A stretch of DNA of 63,001 bases, the filler included, from Choristocarpus tenellus KU-1152 (lineage: Eukaryota > Protista > Phaeophyceae): assembly GCA_964200185.2 (NCBI GenBank). It is 9 parts of 9 records of this genome, joined end to end, with 100 filler letters (N's around TTAATTAATTAA, not from the genome) between each part and the next. Parts side by side here need not be neighbours in the genome. Positions count along the whole stretch, not along the records: positions 50,419 to 56,534 come from CAXNAD020008900.1; positions 56,635 to 59,339 come from CAXNAD020025472.1; positions 59,440 to 63,001 come from CAXNAD020019246.1; 6 more parts are not named here. One strand, written 5' to 3'. Below, piece by piece: positions 52,401 to 63,001 of the stretch. Made by a program: the position numbers and the translations under genes. The stretch's first letter is position 1, and each line of letters opens with the position of its first letter. Below the pieces are notes generated by a model, which was given only the letters and a program-made list of their open reading frames with translations, was not told the DNA's origin and made no database searches.

Positions 52401-55080
52401 TGATGGGTGAGCAGGTCCTTTCATAGAGTACCTGCCTGGCTGTATTTGTGGAAACAACTAGAAGTTTTTTTGGATCCGTGGGGCTTGTCTCGACAGTGGT
52501 GGCAAGCAGCGTCATCGCTGACACCAGATGGTACCTCCAAGAAGGTAAACAAAGTCAGTCTAATGCGGTGGGTACTTGGCTTGGTGGAGTTGATCGCATC
52601 ACGCGATCAATATGAAATATGTATAGGGAGGTCTATAAACATGAGATGACGTTCCCAGCGGTTGAGGGTTGGCAAAATATGCTTGTGTGTTAGGTGGACC
52701 AGTCGAGAGATCTCAATTTGACCTGTGATCTGATATATTTCTTTGTGGTTGAAAGTCCTCTGTGTCATTATAATTATCGGTCTGTCTGTTCCTTTCATTA
52801 AATGAGATTTGAGGTAGATATTATTCTTCTTCAAAGTACGGACTGAAAAATAGAGAGCCAACTTGCCCCACCCTTACGGATGATGGGTATATAAAAATAT
52901 ATTTGACCCAGCGCACTTGAATCTGCATGATGTTGTGGGCTTTGTGAGTGGCCAATCCCATATGCGATTCCACTGTTCAAATAAACCAGTCCACAGTCTA
53001 GTTTGGTTCTTCCGCTATTTCTGAAATGTCCAGACCAGATCCACGAAATTTTGAAAGGCACTAATAATACTGAACATGCAATTGCGCGTGCAGAATGAGT
53101 GCGCAAATACCGAAACGTCCCTATGTCCCACCAGGAAACAGCAGTGCGGGCTTGTTTCAGAAAGCTCCTACACTCCACTTTCCACAAGCAGTATCTCCTC
53201 TGACTGATACGGATTGATCCCTCAACAATTCATTATCTTTCTCCAATATTCATTATCTGACATCACGCATTCTGAATTGCGTTTCTATTGCAAAAGGAAA
53301 TGAGATATATCCATGTAAATCAACAATTTGACATACGTACATATTTATAACAGTAGAAGCATAGAGTAGGTTCCTAGTTCATAGAATCCTACAACAACAG
53401 TAGTAGTGGTAGTAGGATTGGAAAGTGTGGACCTACCAAATACTGTTCTCTTCCTATTCCATTAAGATAATGTCTTGTCCCCAACATTGGTATTGTATCC
53501 CCTGCGTTTACAAACACCTAAGACCACCCATCGTATGTCCACGACAGCATATACATCCCAAAAAGAAAGAACGCATTATGTAAATGCGTCGCTATTTTTT
53601 CATTCTGTTCTTAGCATGCATGGGTGGTAGACGCGAAAGCAAGGGCGATTGTCACCTCATGGGTGAGGGCAAGGACAGCTTTTGGCGTGGTCACCTCTGC
53701 GATTGTTAAGGTATATGACCTCAAGTCCAGAAGAGGGGCGGCTTGGGTTTGGGGTAAGTTCCAAACTGGGGTCTGAGTTCGAGCTCATTGCAACCCGAAA
53801 CCAATTATCACATCTGAGAGACACAACCATGCAATTCTTGACGATGCTTCTGCTTTCTCGTCTATAACAAACGAACTAAAAATTCAGCAACCTTCCCCAA
53901 GTACCATGCAAAACGATGCAGTTCATCCATCGCCTCGTGTATGTAAGGAATTTCATCTCACAAATGGTCCCGAAAAGGTACACATTATTAAAGGGAAAAA
54001 GCTACCAATATTGCTCTTCATAATTTGTTCACACCTGGTCAATCTAGATTTCCTCGCTATATCGCCTTACTCTTATAGCATACAGGCTTGAGAGGTTTCA
54101 ACGTTCATGCTACAGCATTCATAGGCCTCACCACCACCTTGTGCTTCTTCGAACCCCTAGTCCATTTTGGACGATACGACTCTACCTTCACCACTTTACC
54201 CTCCCACAACATCATGTCTCTCGTTCACTTCCACTTCTTTGTCACACGTTCTGACCTCCTACTCAGTATGGGGGTACTGAATACAGAGGGACTCCTTGAG
54301 AGACGATTCAGATCTTCCTGGAAGACGAAATCCTCTTGGACGAGTGCGAGGTCATTATGAGCTCAACATTAACAAACGACAGTGGTGAATATTACGGCAT
54401 ATCGGGAGTATTCTCTGTTTTGCGCACCTGCGACATTTGTACAGGTATCGCGAAGCACACGGTCTTTGAGGGGGAGGACTGCAAGATAGAACTCCAGAGC
54501 CGTGAGTCCCACACAAGTGTGTGCATCTCTGAAGCAAACGTGAGAAGCTGACTGTGTGACTACGATGAGGGGCGAGAAACAGATTCATGTTCTGGTGACT
54601 GCTTGGATGACTGTGAGTACCTACTGTACATGTTTTCTCCGAACTAATGGGGTCGCTTGCGCGCGGTATATATAGTCTTATCTAGGAGGCACTGTGCAGC
54701 ATACACGCATACCTTTGGGTCGTCGCATTTGTAGGTGTCGCAAACTGTGGCGGAGTTGATGTGACAAGGTTTTTCCAATCGTTGACAAGTCACCCGCCCC
54801 ATGGACTACCTACAATTGGGATGTATCCGTCGCTCGTTCTCTAGAGTGTTGAACAGACAGTTCCTCCGATCAGATTGCAGAAGTAGCGCCTCTACCATTC
54901 TCCTTGTTGTAGTAGCCTTATTATTGCAACTGAAAAAAAATCGTCACCCTTATCAACATTCTACACTATATTCTATATTGTGGCATATAGTAGTAGTAAG
55001 TGTTTTCTTGGTACGAGATTACTCAACCAGTATTAATCATACTACTATAATATTAATACTACTACTATAAATATTACATA

Positions 55081-56534
55081 CTACCTCCTTGCCATAAATC
55101 TGTGCCCCGTTCGTTGTCCATAACTTTTGAAGATGATGAAATTAATTTCTGAAAGAAGATTCGGAATGCTTGACGAATTTCTGGATAGGTTCAGCTCTAT
55201 TTTTTATTATTACTCCCATCCATCACAATTTTATCAGCCACAGAACAAGCCTCCATGTCTACCTTTGGCGTGTTTTCAAGTTCACCAGACAACTGCCTCT
55301 TCCTTACCCCTGTGTGCTCCACACTACAGTCACTCCCCCCTTTGTATCTAAGTACTTGATTGTGCACCACAAAAAGGAGCTACCAAGCCCTCTCAAGTGT
55401 GGTTTCATCATACTCCTCATCATACTGTTTCTTAATGACCTTCACCATCTCCTCGACGATCCCAAACCACTCCCCCATAACCCGGCATTTCAAAGACCTG
55501 AAGAAGCACAGGTTCATGATAATGAGGTCGGGGGAGTTAGATGGCTGCGTCACAAGTCTAATCGACCCCCCCTCAGTTTTCCTTGCCCCTGACAAGATTT
55601 CTGAGTTGCCCTTGTCCATGTGGGGGGTGGAACCGTCTTGCTGAATGATAACATGCTTCCCCTGCAACCAAGGCATCTTGGTCTTGATTGCAGGCAGTAA
55701 CTCCACCATGCACCACTTCCTGTAGTACCACAAATGGTCTAAAGTACAATCCTGCTCATACACATACCCCATTTTATGGTTCTTGCTTGTTCTATCTGCT
55801 GTTTTTGGCATACACACACGCCAAACACCAAGCTTTCCATCAAAGCTGTGAGCCGAATCTGGGCGGGCATTGGCTCCAATGATCATGGTTTTGGGGATAT
55901 GACCCTTGTGCTGCACAGTAAGGGACCCTGGAAGGTCACTACCATCCTCATTCGGAAATAACCGAACCCTTTCCCCATCAGCCATCACGTAAGACCAGGT
56001 TTCAGCCACATGGATCGTGTTCGCCATGGAGGCGTACACACACGTTTCCAGTCCACTTTGATCGCAAACAAAGTCCATTCTCCATACCTTTTGTCACGAT
56101 TTAAGCTTGGACTTGATCCAGCACCGATTTGGCATGGCCCCCATGTCATCCAACCACCTGTTTATGGTGCTCATGTTATAATTCAGCCCCTTGGTGGCCA
56201 TCTTCATTGTCGCCTGATGCACTGTGGATGACCAATTATCAGAGTTGATACTATGTATTGCGGCCATGTTGGTCGGTGTGAGCTCTGAAGGCCGCTCACT
56301 ATGTGCCGCCACCCCTAGGTCAAGTGTGTAGCCATGGGCGAACTGATCAGCGACATCCTCCCAGAGCCCTTGCTTGTTAACCTCGGACACTCCAAACTCC
56401 GCTGCAAGGGTCGACCCAATGTATCACAGCAGTTTATGCTCACCAGGGACCATTGCGAAGGTGTGCCGCACTGCAAGTTCAACCCTGATATTCAGGGACA
56501 CTTGGGCACCCTTCCTATGTGGGGGGGTCAACGG
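55081..56534 (-). mobile_element. Mariner transposase (plant/oomycete DD39D type), inactivated
   Basis: HVAETWSY (normally HVDEKWF), HKGHIPKTM, ARP..FDGKLGVW, QQDGSTPH, QPSNSPDLIIMNLCFFRSLK. A candidate TIR ta|CTACCTCC starts at 55081. Confidence 0.9.
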
Positions 56535-56663
56535 NNNNNNNNNNNNNNNNNNNNNNNNNNNNNNNNNNNNNNNNNNNNTTAATTAATTAANNNNNNNNNN
56601 NNNNNNNNNNNNNNNNNNNNNNNNNNNNNNNNNNGGGGTGGGGGAGGCGGGGGGGGTTGTGGG

Positions 56664-56702
<39 letters not shown>

Positions 56703-57399
56703 GGGGGAGGTGGAAGACACAGAAGATGTCTGTTCGAAGTTGATTCAGTTATATAGTGAGGAGATGGGTCCGGTTGCATCCTACTTGTTTCCATACAAGG
56801 TCTGCATGGAAAAATACAACACTGCTGCCGGGGGGGGGGGGGGTGTATTATGTGCCGGATTTTTACATGGGAAACCGGGAGAATGCGGAAACTCCCAACT
56901 CCCGCCACATGTGATGGNNNNNNNNNCGGGTCCGGTTGCATCCTACTTGTTTCCATACAAGGTCTGCATGGAAAAATACAACACTGGTGCCGGGGGGGGG
57001 GGGTTGTATTATGTGCAGTATTTCATGATGGAAAACCTGGAGAATGAGCAAACTACCAAATCCAGTCATATGTGATGGCAAGGGTATCCCCCTTGAAATA
57101 ACAAACTTGGTGGACTTGTGATAGGCACATAGTGCAGTCAGGTGGCAACATCGCGACCTGATAAGGGGTATTAGTGGAATAAATCAAGCTTCTTTCTCTT
57201 CCAAAAACAATGCTCTTGAAGCCCTACTTGCAATATAATAAATAAATTCTTCCCCCTCTAACCCCAGGTGGGTGGGGTCTGGTCTGACCTATGCCACCAC
57301 AGCAATTATTAGCCAACTGCAACAATTAGCCAAGCACAGATTTGCCTATAGATTAGTTTCAACTTACACAAAAGCGTGTAATTTCATCACATTAATATT

Positions 57400-58890
57400 T
57401 TCGTGCTACTAACATTGCACAGGCTCCTCTAATCCACATATCTGGGGAAGACCTTCCTCTATAGCGCATTTCATCCCACAATAACTCCATTGTTTCCGAC
57501 CTCTCAGGGTGTTTGTCATGTTTCCAAGAGCAAGACGGTTGAGGTTATGGTGGCAGTAGGTCTCACTACTACTAACATCATACCACTCGGTCAAGCGGAT
57601 AAATCGCCTGCATTGGAACAGTGAAGAATAAATGATACTCAGTGGGCTATAGCCTTGGAATATGCAAGTAGATCCAACCCATACTTGGGACAGGAGCGCC
57701 TTACCATTGCATAACCTGTAGGAAAACAACAGAATACTGGCCACAACCCCTAGCCAGAACCTAACTTGGTATGCACCTTACATGCCCTATGGTGCTCACC
57801 CGAAATGAAGACATAGAAGAATATCACGACCCCAGTAAGTAACAGGAGAAAAACCACTGTTACAAGCTGGCAACGCAATACGATATCATTGGCCAGAGAA
57901 TTGTACCTGGAGTGATGTGGCATGTGAGGATTTCAGGGATGTGAAGGGACGAGGCAAGGGGTGCAATGTTTGAGCTGACACCAACGATTCATGCCAGCAC
58001 AGCCCAACACGGAAGGATGTTGAAGAAAGAAGGTATTCGACCTTAACACAACCAACTGTCGAAATTGTTGGTCACTGAATATGACGCCAATCCTACTATA
58101 TGCACTTTTTTTCAACCTAATCCGTTTTTCTCCTTGTGGGGTCAAATGTTGGAAAAGAAATGGAGATACCCGTACAACAGGATCACTGATAGGGATACTA
58201 TACATTGTTGTTGTTCTGCTACACATCATGTAGAAAAGACTAGAACCTAAATATGCCTACGAATCATTCCCCTATATTGTGGTGCAGGTTCGGAAAAGAA
58301 ATGGGGGCATTATATTCTTTCCACACTTAATACATCATTGAGGTTACGAGGAACAATGTCGTATATAAAACAGGATCCACGATTTCCGATATTGTTCGTC
58401 ATTTATTCTGCGGGAAGGGCTTAGGACTGATTATTCGGAACGGACCTAAGTAGCATAGGATAGCAACGAGTGCTAGGATAATAAAGGTACAGTGCCAACA
58501 GCATTCGGGATAACATTTTCCTGGTCCAAGATCGCTTCGACTCGCCTGTGGGTGGGAAGCAACGATGATCGCTCTCCAGCAAGGCTCTTGAACACTACTG
58601 GAGAAGATAAAAATGCGATGTGTGAACTCAGAGAGCCTGGAATGATATTCTGTCGGTTCTGGAGAGGGATGAAGTTTGGTTCGACCCTGACGATATTGCT
58701 GGGAATGATGATATTGCTGGGAGTGTTTACTTCTGAGTTCAATTGATCGGTGGTTGGGCTAGCGACAGGGAAATATTGCTGGAGACAGGCCATCGTCACT
58801 ACAAATTCTGAGGCGAGTTCATCTGTCACAGGTAAGGGATGGCCATGGATGTTTGCAACACCAGGTTGTCTGCCCTTCTCACACAAGAAC
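57400..58890 (-). mobile_element. Possible DIRS/Ngaro-like RT remnant
   Basis: KKSAYSRIGV...DQQF...NTFF then (frameshift) FNILP resembles DxKSAYxH...F..LPFG; upstream IPGSLSSHIAF. Heavily decayed. Confidence 0.35.
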
Positions 58891-59991
58891 CTTACAAGGT
58901 GACAGACAGGGTACCAAGCAAAAAACAGAAAGAATGTTGATTTTAAAATATCTTAATTGGGTGGTTAATTAAGGTATTGTATTAGACATAATATATATGT
59001 ATTTCGTATATATTCTAGAGGGGTTGTGGTGATATCATGTCTTCATGTATATATTTTTTCCATGATACATCCCCAAATGTCAAAGGACACAATACAGTAC
59101 CTACCCCGATTTTATTCTAACTATTATGTACCAAATCCCATTTTGTATCGCTTTTTTCGACATGCTCAAAAAATAGGCTTTTGTACCGGAATTCTCGTAT
59201 TCGGGCGATTTGGCAAAAATTCGGGGAGATAATCATGCGAGTGTGGCGCGCGCGAAAAAAAATCTCGCAAAAGTACCTTTCTTCCTGAGTCATGACCACA
59301 CAGCAGTACAGTACGTTGCTGGTAGGGGAATAAAGTGAGNNNNNNNNNNNNNNNNNNNNNNNNNNNNNNNNNNNNNNNNNNNNTTAATTAATTAANNNNN
59401 NNNNNNNNNNNNNNNNNNNNNNNNNNNNNNNNNNNNNNNCAGGTTTATCACCTTTATGTTCTTTGATGATTTTGGGGATACCTTAACACACTACAAAAAA
59501 ACAAGACACCTAGTTTCCGTTACACGCAGAACACTAGAGGTACACTGGTCAATTGGTCGACTTCCTACATGCAAAAACCAAGCTACACTTTACCAAGATA
59601 AAATCAAGGTATTTCAAGAGGAAAACATCTACTCGTGAAACTACCACTACACATATTCAACAAGGAAAAGGTATGTGCACTTGCACTATCCAGGCTCTAG
59701 CCACAACAAGAATGATTTCTGGAAATCAGTGCCTTCCCGCCTGAACTATGTACAAACAAAATAGTATCCTTCTCTACCTTCCTGAAAAAAACTTATTGAG
59801 AGGTTGAGAACGATACGATACACTGAGCACATTTGAACCGATCTAGACACCCTTCAAAGATTCATAAAAAAGTACTTCATAACTTCTTCTGCATTACATG
59901 CAGCAGCAGTCTGTAGTGTTTTAAGGACGCAAAAAGGTGTCAGAACACCAAGGCAACTCCCTCATTCAAAGCGGTGCACGTCAACCAATGT

Positions 59992-60252
59992 GCGTGAAAG
60001 TATCTGAGGGGGTAGAGTCGCGTACGTTTACAGGCAAAAATCCACTATTGCTATTTTGATGAAATCTTGTCCATCGTTCGATAGGAGGTATCACTATCCC
60101 TGGTTTGGCACAACTTTTCACAACATAAATACATTACCTACTCTGAAACGTTTCAGATATTTAAAGTAGGAAAATGTAAAAAAAAAAAGGTGGGAAGATC
60201 TGTCCCGAACGTACAAACAGGGCAAAACTCTTAACCTCAATTACGTTCACCC
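59992..60252 (+). mobile_element. Older diverged MITE copy (another at about 61560-61820)
   Basis: gtgaaagtatctgagggggtagagtcgcg...acaaacagggcaaaactc. Confidence 0.75.
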
Positions 60253-60315
60253 TGGTGAGCTGATACTGAAGACGTCAGCAATATTCCATTCTCCTTCAAT
60301 CACAGAGCTCTTGTT

Positions 60316-62744
60316 CTAGAGCGCGTCCGCACACTTCGAGTCTACACATACGAGTTCCTTGCAGCATTGCCTTAATCACACGACAAAATCAAAATACAGC
60401 ATGACAAAAATGGGCGAAGATTTCAGACAGGAAGGGGATAAAATATCTATGGTAAAGAATTCCGTAAGACAAGTGGTAAGCAAATAAGAGTACAGAATAA
60501 GACAACAGCTTGAGTCTATAAACATACAAATATACCGAAAAAAATCTCGTTCATAGATTCACGTTACTAAAAATACAAAACTTTAGGACAGAACTTTGAA
60601 TTTGTGCTGAGAAGGGATGACTTACGAAAAAAAAGCATACAATTCTACTCATAATGCTGTCAAGACGCCATTAAGAGGTAAATATAAAGCAAACGAGGAG
60701 TATAAATTGTCCTTACTCGTCTGTAGCACAGGTCTTCTTCTTCTTCATGCAGCATGTCTTCTTCTTGCACTTGGCCTTTTTTGTGGCTTTGGTGTCTCTG
60801 CAGCAATCCTTTTTCTTTGCGCATTCTCCTCCCAGTGGCATACATGTTTCTTTGAAAGGGGTTGAGACACTTATTTGGTCAATAGGCGAATGAAGCGATT
60901 AGCTAAATCAACACCTTTGCCAATCAAATTTTTAGTGGTCCAAAGTATCTCATGGTGGGGGGATGCCGGGTATCCATTTGAGGCCAATTTCATCACGTTC
61001 CTATATTTGATGGTTTGAATATTTCGGACGGACATTGTAGGTAAAACATTACTGGTTTTCACCACAACGGACAATGTAGTTTGTATCCCCTCCCCCCAAA
61101 AAAATCTGTCACCCTGCCGAGTTACTCGAATAACATACATGAAGTACATCAAAGTGCTTTCTAGTCAGTACGTGACCCAGGCAAAATATACAAGTTTCAC
61201 TCAATCATGACACAGACTATCCGGTAGAAGGCCCCAATCATATTTTCATATGTAGCAAAAAATTCTGTCTCAGGAGGGGGAGAAAAATCAAAAGGAAATT
61301 CTACAGGAGTTTGTCAAAGAACTTACCAATAAGTGCGTCCAATGTGTACACACTGATGGCATCATAACCACCGCAAGTTTCACTGTCATCACCAGCACAG
61401 TCCATACTGCAACCATTGGATGTTTCGGAATTACTTGTATCTGTATTTTGAGCCCCACAGAAGCACCTGTATACAAGCCAACGGTTTTGACATAAAAATA
61501 AAAGAAAAAATATTGAATCGGTGAAACCAAAGGTAACAAAGTCGCCACGTTTTTATTACTGTTGAGAGGGTACAAAGTGTAGCAAACATCAATGGTAAAG
61601 CCCCCTCCGTTGAATTAAGGTAGAAAATCCAATGATCGAATTTTGATGTAGTTTCGCCTATCCTGTCTGTTAGGAAGTATTAATATCCTCCTTCCGGTGA
61701 AAAAATTTCATATCGTCAATTATTTACCTATCCTGCAATATTTACAGTAGAGATCTATTTTAAAAAATGGGAAGACTAGGTCCAAACAGACAAACAGGGC
61801 AAATACCATACTATCTAACATTCTAAAACCTACCGAGGTGAGTGGTATATAAGGCCACCATATATGCTTATGCAAATGGCAAACGTTTCGGCAACATCTC
61901 AGGTCATGGATTTGCCCACGATAAGAATTCACCAAACTTCATCCAAACCCTTGAAAATTCCAAGTCTAGAGTAACCATTTTGAAAATTTTGAAAATTACA
62001 ACTAACGTCGGAGTCACCGTGAATGTATAAAAGAGGAACTTCCCACTACTTACTCCATGCCGAACTCCGTTCCAAAGAAGGGGTGTCCCAAATTATAGCA
62101 GAACATGGAGCATTCCTGTCAAAACCAAAATATACGCAGTTGGTCATTGTTAGATGGCAAAATTAGGACGGTGCCCTCAACATAGAAAAAGGTTAATCTT
62201 GTGTCAAATATTACAATTCCAGCGTTCATTCAGTATAAACCTTTCTTGACCTGTGAGGGGTATATAACTTTAGAGAGCTGGATAATTATGAATTACTACA
62301 TCAATTTGGTTGAACGGCCAAACCATAGAACTAAGAGTTGTTGATTACACCTTAGGTGAACTTTCTTCGTATGTGTTTGATATGAAGTCTTCTATACGTT
62401 TCATGATGGTTGAGAGTACAAACTACTAGAGTAGCAGCATAACTGTGATCTGCTGCATTCCCAAACACGATAGTCCAACCATTCTCACAAGACAGGACAC
62501 AGTTAGCCAAACCAAACTGTGAGATATTTGTGCTCTCTCTAAGTAACACTTGCTATCTAGTACTCACATCTGTCGTCATAGTAACACTCGAAAAATATGC
62601 CTTGTTCAAACGTCGTGAACCGTTACTGTCTGTGAAGCAACCCTCATAGGTGTAGTCAGGATACGTGACTTCAACCTCAGGGCATAAATCACCACACGGC
62701 AGCTCATAGATGTCTCCTCCCCAGTTTATAATGTACAGCTCACC
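60316..62744 (-). CDS. 3' part of a probable extracellular protein: GSDH/HHIP-like propeller end + WSC domain + two Cys-knot-like motifs
   Basis: In-phase exons 62744-62568, 62115-62054, 61466-61327, 60849-60717, 60370-60316 give GELYIINWGGDIYELPCG...YEGCFTDSNGSRRL...MTTD|ECSMFC...FFGTEFGME|CFCG...CSMDCAGDDSETCGGYDAISVY (WSC), then ETCMPLGGECAKKKDCC...CADAL*. Confidence 0.88.
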
Positions 62745-63001
62745 CTGTGTTTTGAGATTGATTCAGTCAAGGTACATAGAATCAGTACCAATGCTAATGA
62801 AAATTTTATGCATTTAAAGGATCCATTAAGTCACTACAGCAATGTATGTACATTTTCCATCTAAAGGGACACAGGGTCCAAGCGGTTCTTTAATTTACGA
62901 AACATACCCGATTGTCTTCGGCAAATGATACAATCTTGTCAAGTGAATTCTTTCCGAATATTGTTCCCACTTTCCAGTCACTTCCTTTTGGCTCCAAGCA
63001 G

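Noticed and set aside
1-63001. Functional clustering of genes across the whole window
   Set aside because: The contigs are concatenated artificially; only within-contig neighbourhood is informative.

Overview
Eukaryotic, intron-rich, transposon-rich DNA. It is not one locus: nine contigs are joined by eight artificial 100-bp spacers (N44-TTAATTAATTAA-N44), so adjacency across spacers means nothing. The organism is inferred to be a brown alga or close stramenopile relative, from a WSC-domain gene, the pogo transposase C-terminus and TTAGGG repeats. By hand-splicing I reconstructed six host genes that the ORF track shows only as fragments: a Methyltransf_16/METTL21-like methyltransferase, NSE1, RPN12, a Dpy-30-domain protein, an ACBP-coiled-coil-PH protein (possibly the N-terminus of a DGAT1), and a GSDH/HHIPL-WSC protein ending in two cystine-knot-like motifs. 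The rest is mostly decayed TEs: a chromodomain Gypsy, mariner, pogo, DIRS-like and LINE remnants, foldbacks, and many copies of a ~258-bp GAG...CTC MITE with 4-bp TSDs (Sola2-like). The most striking signal is splicing: 9 of 23 inferred 3' splice sites are AAG rather than YAG, several lack a polypyrimidine tract, and some overlap donor-like AG|GT motifs. All gene models are manual and unverified by RNA or database search.
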